Virus record (IMG/VR): IMGVR_UViG_3300030372_003250 | Span: 1 to 40,180 of that record | Strand: one strand, 5' to 3' | DNA length: 40,180 nt | DNA from: a virus | Lineage: Duplodnaviria > Caudoviricetes | Part shown: positions 7,215-14,544 of the stretch, in pieces | Layout of the letters: each line of letters starts with the position of its first letter | Position numbering within the stretch: the first letter of the stretch is position 1 | Notes under the pieces: model-generated | The model's database searches: none | Told to the model about the DNA's origin: nothing | What the model saw: only the letters and a program-made list of their open reading frames with translations | Program-made: the position numbers and the translations under genes

Positions 7215-7492
7215 TCTTCCTCCAATCTGGTGATTTTATAGATAGCTCCCCGGTCTTCTTTAAATAAGACCCAGTCACAAGTTCCCAGAGCTAACCATTT
7301 AGGAACTGTTTTTCTAACCTTACATTGTATCTTAATACCATCTGCAAGAATGTCTACATCTTCAGCATGACCTAATGCTAGACCATTAGAACCCCATGCT
7401 CTTTTAACATCTTTATAATTCATGTCTTTTAGTTTTTCAACGCACTCTTTTTCAAAGCGATTCCCTTTAGCTTTAGATTTACTAGCCACCAT
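7211..7492 (-). CDS. Hjc-like Holliday junction resolvase (PD-(D/E)XK)
   Basis: SKAKGNRFEKE...DVDIL...IQCK; GGAGGG before ATG 7492/GTG 7489. Confidence 0.75.
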   Translation of the reverse strand: MVASKSKAKGNRFEKECVEKLKDMNYKDVKRAWGSNGLALGHAEDVDILADGIKIQCKVRKTVPKWLALGTCDWVLFKEDRGAIYKITRLEEE

Positions 7493-7970
7493 GCCCTCCA
7501 GCGAATTCCGGGTATCGTTCATATTGCCAGAACCAATTACGATTCCCTTGATTGTTCTTAGCTACAGTCAATGCTAGGGTAATACTATTAGTCCTCTTAT
7601 AAGGAACAAAAGCAACAGCATCTTTTGGAGCAAAGTAAACAGCAACTACATCCACCCTATTTGATTTTGTATACTTACCCATCTTCACTTCAATCGATGT
7701 AGCGGTATTCATTTTAGTAACAGTTTTGATCTGGACTCTATCAAACTTGAATTGATTGGTTTCGACTACTAGGTCTACATGGTTCTCATCTGAAATAGGT
7801 TTATATATTTTAGACCCATAACCTTGAGAAATGAGTACACGATATACACTTAGCTCACCATATACCCCAATGGTATTGGTTGAAAACCTTGCCTTAGTAC
7901 CATGTTGTTTTTCCCAATTATCCAAAGCTATGTCAACTTCGTCTATATCAATCTTCTCTTTCACAATCAT
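7482..7970 (-). CDS. PD-(D/E)XK endonuclease (PDDEXK_5-like)
   Basis: GVYGEL...IYKP...VDLVVE...RVQIKT...VDVVAVY pattern. Confidence 0.75.
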   Translation of the reverse strand: MIVKEKIDIDEVDIALDNWEKQHGTKARFSTNTIGVYGELSVYRVLISQGYGSKIYKPISDENHVDLVVETNQFKFDRVQIKTVTKMNTATSIEVKMGKYTKSNRVDVVAVYFAPKDAVAFVPYKRTNSITLALTVAKNNQGNRNWFWQYERYPEFAGGHGG

Positions 7971-8202
7971 AACACTTTCTTTTTTCTAATTTGTATCTCG
8001 GAAAATCCTCATAAATAAGTACATCTTTTTTTCTCTTTTTTGAAAGAGATAAAACTTCTTGATAGACTTTGTCGCAAACCTTACATACATAAACTTGAAT
8101 AGCATTTTTCCAATTTTTCCTCTGTCCATGATTTATTCGCCAATTTCTTCTTTTACAAGTAACCTCTAATATCCAATCAATAATGTGACTAGCCATTACC
8201 AA
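7948..8202 (-). CDS. Zn-finger hypothetical protein (similar to 6314-6577)
   Basis: CKVC...CYDC. Confidence 0.7.
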   Translation of the reverse strand: MVMASHIIDWILEVTCKRRNWRINHGQRKNWKNAIQVYVCKVCDKVYQEVLSLSKKRKKDVLIYEDFPRYKLEKRKCYDCERED

Positions 8203-9283
8203 AACTCTTTAAAAAATTATTAACTTTTTGAAAATGAGGGTCGTCTGATAAATCTTCTTGCTCAGTAACTACTTCTGGTTGTGGGTTTCTTATTCGTTTC
8301 TCATTATCATATAATGCTTTTGTAAATAAATCCCCCTCATTACAAATAGGACATATTGTTAAGTCCTCACTCTTTTTAAATGTGGTAGGTTCATCACACT
8401 CAATACAGTACCGAGTAACATCATCTTTTTTCTTTAAAACACCCTCTTTTTGAAAAAGCTCATTGTGTATCGCATCGATACCAGTCATCCAAAAATTCTT
8501 CGGATGCTTATAGATGTATTTTTTATCCACGCCACCCGCACTTACTTTGTCTAAATAAAAGTCGATAGTCTCAGAAACCCGATCTATACTACCAACCTTC
8601 ATTACTGCTTTCTCAACCAAATGACCATATACACTAAGTTGAACAGAGTGATTAAAAAATATATTTTCTAACTTCTTCATTAAAAATATAATGTCTTCTC
8701 TTTTTATTTTTTCTTTCTTATGAGTATTCTTAGTGTATTCTTCTAGTGTAGTCTGCCCCGGTTGTGTCCTAATAGTGCCTTCCGGTGTGACCTCCATTGT
8801 GACCTCCGTTGTGACCGCCATAGGCTCTTTTCTCTTCGACAAATGAGTGCCCTCCGTTGTGCCCTCCGTTGTGCCCTCCGTTGTGCCCTCCGTAGCGTTC
8901 CCCGTGGGGACTCCCATGTTAGAGTAATTTTTAGGGTCTTGATACTCATTATAGTTATTAATGGTAATGACCAAGCCTCGAAAACTTTTACGAGTATCAA
9001 TCATATCCTTAACTTTTAAGAAGTCTATAGCGGAGCGTATTTGTTTGATACTATATTTGGTTTTGCGGAATCCTTCGTACCAATGTAACCCCTCCGCTAT
9101 ATGGTCGTAAGTCCCGAACCATTGACCTCTTTTAAATTTTCTGCTGTCAGCAAAATTTGCCTTAATGAGTAGGTGGTCAAACACTTCTCTGGTAACCGGG
9201 GATGCGTGTGCTATGTCACTTTCCATAATCTTTCTAGCCTTGATGTAGTAACCGCCCCGTATCTTATTCTTGTTTCCCAACAA
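8189..9283 (-). CDS. phage replication initiator / replisome organizer
   Basis: N-terminal GGYYIKARK...LLIKAN...RGQ...ITINNYNEYQ wHTH pattern, internal iteron-coded (TEGT)n linker, C-terminal CxxC pairs. Confidence 0.85.
   Translation of the reverse strand: MLGNKNKIRGGYYIKARKIMESDIAHASPVTREVFDHLLIKANFADSRKFKRGQWFGTYDHIAEGLHWYEGFRKTKYSIKQIRSAIDFLKVKDMIDTRKSFRGLVITINNYNEYQDPKNYSNMGVPTGNATEGTTEGTTEGTTEGTHLSKRKEPMAVTTEVTMEVTPEGTIRTQPGQTTLEEYTKNTHKKEKIKREDIIFLMKKLENIFFNHSVQLSVYGHLVEKAVMKVGSIDRVSETIDFYLDKVSAGGVDKKYIYKHPKNFWMTGIDAIHNELFQKEGVLKKKDDVTRYCIECDEPTTFKKSEDLTICPICNEGDLFTKALYDNEKRIRNPQPEVVTEQEDLSDDPHFQKVNNFLKSFGNG
8775..8894. repeat. Replication-origin iterons: two blocks of four 12-bp repeats (consensus GTG(C/A)CCTCCGTT)
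   Basis: Units at 8775, 8787, 8799, 8811 and 8847, 8859, 8871, 8883, inside the initiator gene next to an AT-rich tract (~8650-8740), as in lambdoid ori. Confidence 0.85.
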
Positions 9284-9734
9284 TACCCTCCATTACCATA
9301 AAATTATCTATTGGTATGTAAACGCAAGGTTCTCTATCTTGACTATCCCTCATGTTTGCCATACCGCCCCACCGCACAGCCGGTTTTCCCAGACTGTTGT
9401 TACCAATATTATGATGTTTCCTAACTTCGATATAGCTAATGCAGTCGCTATGTCGCACATACAAATAACTTGGTATAGATGTAGATTCATATAGGTCTAT
9501 CATCTTTTGAATTTTATATTGAGCTATCATAAACTCTAGGTATGCCCCATGTTTATGCCTTCTCCAACGCAGTTCGATCCATCCAATAGGTTTTTCTTTC
9601 GACTCTGCTAAGAAATCTACACTATACTTAATAGGTAGTTTGTATAGGTCTATATTGTGAGCTTGTTTCATCCATTGTTGAAACTGTAGTTCCCTATCCC
9701 TATCTAGGGATGTTTCATAAATTTTTCTAGCCAT
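9264..9734 (-). CDS. PD-(D/E)XK-fold hypothetical protein
   Basis: E...YSVDFL...GWIELRWR (ExR in place of ExK). Confidence 0.65.
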   Translation of the reverse strand: MARKIYETSLDRDRELQFQQWMKQAHNIDLYKLPIKYSVDFLAESKEKPIGWIELRWRRHKHGAYLEFMIAQYKIQKMIDLYESTSIPSYLYVRHSDCISYIEVRKHHNIGNNSLGKPAVRWGGMANMRDSQDREPCVYIPIDNFMVMEGIVGKQE

Positions 9735-9743
9735 TATTATAAG

Positions 9744-9782
9744 TGGGGGTTAGGTACAAGAAGAGACAAAACCTAACCCCCA
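9744..9782. promoter_or_regulatory. Perfect 12-bp inverted repeat downstream of the SSB-like gene
   Basis: TGGGGGTTAGGT(9744-9755)/ACCTAACCCCCA(9771-9782), 15-nt loop, no U-tract. Confidence 0.7.
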
Positions 9783-9798
9783 GATACCACCTAGTTGC

Positions 9799-10284
9799 CT
9801 AGAATGGCAAGGATGCTTCCTTTTTAATCCACTCCAAATCTGCAATCATTTGTTTGCAAACTTCAATGGTAGCATCACATTTTTGTACTATAGTAGTAGG
9901 TGAACCACCATTTTGAACCACACCACCATTATTTACCGGAGTATTAACGGGGGTAGTTTGTACCGGCTGTTGTACTACCGGTTGTTGAGGTTGTCCACCA
10001 CTATTATTAAAAGAGTCTAGGTCTTGGCCGTCAACATGGAATATTCCATATTTAGACTTCTCCGAAGACTTCTTTTCTATAGTGATTGTATCACCAGCTT
10101 TCACACCTTTGGCCATTAAAAGATTTTTAAGGCCTTCTGATGCTCTGAACTTGGTCTTATCTCCCACAAAGTATTGTGGGTTTTCATAGTTGTCCAATTT
10201 AATTAGACTCCCGTCACCCCAACTTTGTAGGGTAACTGAAACGGGCATATCTAAGTTAAATTTCAACTCCGTCCAATCTGACAT
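9799..10284 (-). CDS. putative single-stranded DNA-binding protein
   Basis: Beta-rich N-domain, Q/P/G linker, C-terminal LPF; follows the exonuclease; AAGGAGA RBS before ATG 10284. Confidence 0.6.
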   Translation of the reverse strand: MSDWTELKFNLDMPVSVTLQSWGDGSLIKLDNYENPQYFVGDKTKFRASEGLKNLLMAKGVKAGDTITIEKKSSEKSKYGIFHVDGQDLDSFNNSGGQPQQPVVQQPVQTTPVNTPVNNGGVVQNGGSPTTIVQKCDATIEVCKQMIADLEWIKKEASLPF

Positions 10285-11095
10285 CGGCAATCTCCTTTAT
10301 TAAGTTGAATTGAACTCTAGGATTCCATTTTGACTTTTGTTTATATCCACCATCTTTGAGCATATACTTATTCTTGTAAACAGCTAGTATATCTTCCCAC
10401 ATTCTTGTATCTACTTGTTCCATCTTCAGACTGTATGTTGGTTTCAATTTGAAAGAATCCTTAAGGTACAGCACAGCTACATGATTCACTTTGAAATCTG
10501 GATTTAATTCATTCCAGAGCATAGCGTATGCATTACCTTGAATGATGTGACTTTCTTGTTGTGAGCCGGTCTTTATATCAAGGATTGTTCTTTGAGCCAA
10601 AGTCCCTATCTCACAAATTTCATCAGCAGTACCGGCAAACCCTAAAGATTTGCTATACATCTGATATTCACACGCAATAAGTAATGGTTTGTTTTCCTCA
10701 TAATATGCCATATAGGACTCAATGTACATACAGACACTTCTGAGTAAAACACTCTTACCACCACTCATGGCAATATCAATGGTGTTACAGTATCGAAATA
10801 CTATATCTTTGATCTCGCCAAAACTTAATGTTTCACCATTTTTTAATTTTTCTACACAATAATGAACCGCAGTTCCTTTATTTGCTTTAAAGTTTCTATA
10901 CCAATCAGCAAAATGGCCGTAGTTCTTTAGCCAATTATCAAATGAATATCCCTTATTCATTACATTCCCTAGTACTGTAGTAACTGAAGGGACAGCTATA
11001 GGAGATTTCCCCCTTAAACTATAGTACCTACCTAGCGTAGTCATTTCCCTTTTAATTTGCTGTTGTGTAAATGTACTTGGGTTGGGGTCTATCAT
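10256..11095 (-). CDS. PD-(D/E)XK exonuclease (RecB/Cas4-like phage type)
   Basis: PSVTTVL, GTAVH, E...FAGTAD...ILDIKTG...QGNAYA; AGGAG RBS. Confidence 0.85.
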   Translation of the reverse strand: MIDPNPSTFTQQQIKREMTTLGRYYSLRGKSPIAVPSVTTVLGNVMNKGYSFDNWLKNYGHFADWYRNFKANKGTAVHYCVEKLKNGETLSFGEIKDIVFRYCNTIDIAMSGGKSVLLRSVCMYIESYMAYYEENKPLLIACEYQMYSKSLGFAGTADEICEIGTLAQRTILDIKTGSQQESHIIQGNAYAMLWNELNPDFKVNHVAVLYLKDSFKLKPTYSLKMEQVDTRMWEDILAVYKNKYMLKDGGYKQKSKWNPRVQFNLIKEIADVRLDGVEI

Positions 11096-11117
11096 GAATT
11101 ACTCCTATTATAAATAG

Positions 11118-11223
11118 AATTGGTTGCCAACCACGAACTGAGTGGAGGTATTACCCAGTTCAGACGCTCTTTATGGTGATATGCGGAGGGTAGAATCCGA
11201 GGTAATCCGGCTGACAACCAATT
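11118..11223 (-). ncRNA. Candidate structured RNA with anti-SD loops in the lytic leader
   Basis: 15-bp closing stem and 9-bp inner hairpin; three mismatches on + become G.U pairs on -; inner loop AAUACCUCC. Confidence 0.65.
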
Positions 11224-11254
11224 AATAATTTGTGAATATTTTGTGGTAATTATT

Positions 11255-11446
11255 CTAAGATATAGATGTGGTCTTTTGTGATATGTATTTATCAAGTGAT
11301 TCCTTTGGTATGCGGTAGGAACGATAGCCTTGTTTTAAAAAACCTATCTCTTTATTGTGGATCATATCTAGTACAGTCTGTCGATCTATCTTCAGTATTT
11401 CAGCAACCTCCGCAGTTGTGAAAAAAATATATTGCTCTGTTTTCAT
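11255..11446 (-). CDS. excisionase/Cro-like HTH protein (HTH_17 type)
   Basis: FTTAEVAEILKIDRQTVLDMI...GYRSYRIPKESL; divergent from the repressor. Confidence 0.85.
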   Translation of the reverse strand: MKTEQYIFFTTAEVAEILKIDRQTVLDMIHNKEIGFLKQGYRSYRIPKESLDKYISQKTTSIS

Positions 11447-11479
11447 TTTTTTATTACTTTGTGTAAAAATATGTTTAAA

Positions 11480-11520
11480 TTACTACTATGTATATTAGTG
11501 GTAAATAGTGATAAAAACAA
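11480..11520. promoter_or_regulatory. Divergent switch region: putative leftward promoter and operator repeats
   Basis: Minus-strand TTGTTT(11520-11515)-17 nt-TAATAT(11497-11492); TAGTGGTAA(11496-11504), TAGTGATAA(11506-11514) and inverted TTACTACTA(11480-11488). Confidence 0.5.
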
Positions 11521-11546
11521 GACAATAAATATATATGGAGGTATAT

Positions 11547-12323
11547 ATGGGTGAATTAGGTGATATGATTCGCATTTTTAGGGAGTCAAAGGGACTCAGT
11601 AGAAAAGAATTTTGTAAAATGGCTGATATTAGTACTAGTGGATTGGCTTATTATGAAAAAGGTGGTAGGAAGCCATCTGGGAAGGTTTTACATAAAATAC
11701 GGAAAACTTTTAATCTTCCAGATTCCTACTTTACAACACAAGTTATAACTCCGAGGGAGAAAGAGGATGCAATAATGGAAGTAAAACATGAGGCTAAATT
11801 AAAAGAAAAAGATATGCTTATTGATCGTCAAAACGATATAATAAAATATCAGAAACAAGAAATAGAACAATTAAAAATCAACGCTTATGCTTTAACTGAT
11901 ACTATGTTTGAATCAGATTTACCTACATTTGAATCATGGAATGAAATAAAACTATTTCCATTTCAACATAAAAATATAGACATCTCTGATAATTTTATGT
12001 CATTAAATACATATTTACGATGCCCAGAAGAAAAATTTATTTATGCTTTTAAAGGTGATGGAAAATTTTATAAATGGGAAGATGCACCAATTCAGTTATT
12101 ACTTTCTAATAATACAAAAAAAACCTTTGCCAAAACAATGAGAGACTTACCCGTTATTGTTCGTAATGTTAAACACTTAATTGCGAAACACCATTGGGAA
12201 GAAACAGTTACTTATCAATGGAAAGAAAATAAAATTACTACCTATGTAAGAACCAAAATTGATTTTAATCAAAGTCCAATTTTAACTCATAGTAAATGCA
12301 CTATAATAAATGGGGATGCCTAA
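11547..12323 (+). CDS. XRE-family HTH repressor (CI-like) with coiled coil and unrecognised C-terminal domain
   Basis: IRIFRESKGLSRKEFC...GLAYYEKGGRKPS; start moved to ATG 11547 after GGAGGT. Confidence 0.85.
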   Translation: MGELGDMIRIFRESKGLSRKEFCKMADISTSGLAYYEKGGRKPSGKVLHKIRKTFNLPDSYFTTQVITPREKEDAIMEVKHEAKLKEKDMLIDRQNDIIKYQKQEIEQLKINAYALTDTMFESDLPTFESWNEIKLFPFQHKNIDISDNFMSLNTYLRCPEEKFIYAFKGDGKFYKWEDAPIQLLLSNNTKKTFAKTMRDLPVIVRNVKHLIAKHHWEETVTYQWKENKITTYVRTKIDFNQSPILTHSKCTIINGDA

Positions 12324-13261
12324 TGTCTAGTATATTTAAAGATAAGAATATATGGTACTATAGCAAAGGTAGTGGTAAAGCTAGAATAAAAAAATCCCTA
12401 CAAACTAAAAGTCGAAAAGAAGCAAAAAAAAGGCAAAAGGTCATGGACGATCACTTTTGGAATGTTAAAGGTATTACTAAGGCAAGTTTGAGCCAATTAA
12501 TAAAAGAGTATAAAGCGACAGTAGAGCATTTAAAAGATGCTCGAGCTAATAAGCGTCATGTTGATAACTTTTTTAAGTGGCTTAAATCTGACCCAGATGT
12601 AGATGAATTAAGACCAAGTGTATTTGACGACTATAAAAACTATCTATTAACTGAGCTTAAAAACACACCTAAAACAGCTCGTAATAAATTAATGGTATTA
12701 AGTACAATGATGGATTATGCATATCATACAAAAGAGTATACAAATAGGAATCCGGTTAAAGGTATCAAAATGCCGTCAAAAAACGCAACAAACCCCAGAA
12801 GGCCAGTTCCTATTGAAGATATTAAAAAAGCGATAGCTATAACCAATAATAGAAAAGATAAAATATTCTGGAGTTTATTACTTTATACAAGTCTTCGGGT
12901 AGATGATGCTGGTAACCTTACCCCTAATCAAGTTAAGCAAGGTGTTGTCCAAGTAAAAAACAACATACCTAAACCAATACCCCTTCCAGACCACATACTC
13001 GCATTTGGTGATGAAATATACAACATATATCCAAATTCAAATCACTATGCTAAAAGTAGAAAAAGGTATCAAGAGATTATGAGAAGTTTTGGTTATGAGA
13101 CTGACTTCCATTCAATCCGACATAGTGTTACTACTCATTTAGCTAAATCCGGTATGAGTGAGGCCGATATAAAAAACATCACCGGACATGATTCTAAAGC
13201 CGTTAAGACCTATATACACATGGGTACTGATGATTTTGCTAACCTCATTGATAAAATATAA
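12323..13261 (+). CDS. int: tyrosine recombinase / phage integrase
   Basis: YTSLR, K (VKNN), FHSIRH, TGH, KTY catalytic set; TAATG coupling with the repressor. Confidence 0.93.
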   Translation: MSSIFKDKNIWYYSKGSGKARIKKSLQTKSRKEAKKRQKVMDDHFWNVKGITKASLSQLIKEYKATVEHLKDARANKRHVDNFFKWLKSDPDVDELRPSVFDDYKNYLLTELKNTPKTARNKLMVLSTMMDYAYHTKEYTNRNPVKGIKMPSKNATNPRRPVPIEDIKKAIAITNNRKDKIFWSLLLYTSLRVDDAGNLTPNQVKQGVVQVKNNIPKPIPLPDHILAFGDEIYNIYPNSNHYAKSRKRYQEIMRSFGYETDFHSIRHSVTTHLAKSGMSEADIKNITGHDSKAVKTYIHMGTDDFANLIDKI

Positions 13262-13439
13262 GCGGACAGATTTATGAGCGGACATATAGCGGACAGATTA
13301 TAGCTTTGAATAGCATAGAATGAACTACAATCACAGTATCGTTTTAGAGGAAAACAATAAAAAAAGGTGTGGAGAGAGAGGGATTCGAACCCTTAATGCT
13401 CCCTCGGTAAACTAGTCAATACGGACATATACCGGACAG
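13261..13439. other. attP: tRNA-like 3' core (13370-13393) flanked by arm-type CGGACA repeats
   Basis: Minus strand AGGGTTCGAATCCCTCTCTCTCCA = T-arm + acceptor 3' strand; AGCGGACA at 13261, 13277, 13288; CGGACA at 13422, 13433. Confidence 0.85.
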
Positions 13440-13450
13440 TTCATTACTTC

Positions 13451-13530
13451 AAAAATAAAAAAACCCTCAATAAATGGAGGTTACCAAATTTCGAGGGTTT
13501 TATTATTAGCATTACTGCTATTCTCAACAC
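13451..13530 (-). ncRNA. Late-operon terminator / candidate sRNA with anti-RBS loop
   Basis: GUUGAGAA, UAGCA-GUAA-UGCUA (GNRA), AAAACCCUC...GAGGGUUUU stem + U tract enclosing UAACCUCCAUUUA. Confidence 0.65.
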
Positions 13531-13560
13531 TATAATATACTAAATTTTTTAGATTATATC

Positions 13561-13956
13561 CTATTTCAATCTTTCGATATGCACTAAGTCCATAAATGTC
13601 TGGTCTTTTACTTCACCATCAGAATCCCAATCAGCTCCAGACCTAAGTTTTATATCCATCATGTGAGCAATTCCCCTTAACATACCGGCCATATAATAGT
13701 GACGCTTTATGCCCATTTTAGATGTCATATCCACGGGATATGGGGTCAGATCAAGTGCATCGCCAGTAAGGTGCTTCGATTTCATTGTTTTAGACGCACC
13801 AGTCTTAACATAATCCTTTTGTTTTTCTATAGATCGGACACCCTCAATAATGGCAATATCCATTAAGTGAAGAGCTTCCTCTGCTACCTTGACTAAATCG
13901 GGGTGTACGCCCTCAAGTCTCCTACGAGAGCGTTTCCCGAACTTATACTTAGCCAT
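13561..13956 (-). CDS. endolysin, peptidase M15 family (L-Ala-D-Glu peptidase-like)
   Basis: LEGVHPDL, EGVRS..Q, SKHLTGDALD, GADW, DLVHIE. Confidence 0.9.
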   Translation of the reverse strand: MAKYKFGKRSRRRLEGVHPDLVKVAEEALHLMDIAIIEGVRSIEKQKDYVKTGASKTMKSKHLTGDALDLTPYPVDMTSKMGIKRHYYMAGMLRGIAHMMDIKLRSGADWDSDGEVKDQTFMDLVHIERLK

Positions 13957-14153
13957 TATTCTTTGTCTTTAGACTTAGCTTTAGCTTTTTTCTTTGGTTT
14001 GTGGTTTTCCACAAAACTTTTAATGTCAGCTACCATAGCATCATCTTTCTTACTTATAGTTGCCTTAGAAATAAATTCTAAAACCCTTATAATATATCCA
14101 GTAACACCATGTCTACGAATTTGTCTTCTTACATATCCAGATACCCAACTCAT
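13956..14153 (-). CDS. small basic lysis-module protein
   Basis: Coupled to neighbours; ATISKKDD resembles SPSDKDD of the upstream ORF. Confidence 0.65.
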   Translation of the reverse strand: MSWVSGYVRRQIRRHGVTGYIIRVLEFISKATISKKDDAMVADIKSFVENHKPKKKAKAKSKDKE

Positions 14154-14320
14154 GCTTCTTTCCCTTTCCCGACCATTTGACTAATACCTTTCCAGATAAC
14201 ATCAACTATTATATCATCTTTATCTGAAGGGGACATTTTAACCGCTTTCTCTGCGACCATAAATGCCAATAGTACCCATTCCCAGTTATTACTCATCCAA
14301 TCGATTATTTGATTTTCCAT
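14150..14320 (-). CDS. holin-like small membrane protein (56 aa, MENQIIDWMSNNWEWVLLAF...), absent from ORF track
   Basis: Translated by hand; TAATG and ATGA coupling at the two ends; hydrophobic helix + SPSDKDD. Confidence 0.7.
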   Translation of the reverse strand: MENQIIDWMSNNWEWVLLAFMVAEKAVKMSPSDKDDIIVDVIWKGISQMVGKGKEA

Positions 14321-14544
14321 TATAAAAACCTCATTATTACTGTTACAACTATAGGCACAAGAAATACCGCTAACGACCCAAACATTTTTATCTGAGTAAT
14401 AGTAGTATCATGTGTAGCCACCTTACCATTTAGTGCTTCTAAGTGTTTGTCAATTCTCTGGAGTGATTTAAAAATACTCACTTGACGCTCATCTAATTTT
14501 ACCAAACGGGCAGTAACTTCATTCCTATAATCTTCAACATTCAT
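14320..14544 (-). CDS. coiled-coil + C-terminal TM protein (XhlA-like lysis protein)
   Basis: Heptad region then FGSLAVFLVPIVVTVIM. Confidence 0.65.
   Translation of the reverse strand: MNVEDYRNEVTARLVKLDERQVSIFKSLQRIDKHLEALNGKVATHDTTITQIKMFGSLAVFLVPIVVTVIMRFL

Noticed and set aside
8743-9019. Two 85-aa repetitive ORFs (RRAQ / LRCA repeats)
   Set aside because: Alternate-frame readings of the 12-bp iterons.
11092-11295. 67-aa ORF between the HTH gene and the exonuclease
   Set aside because: Overlaps the HTH gene by 41 nt, no RBS, atypical composition; better explained as structured RNA.
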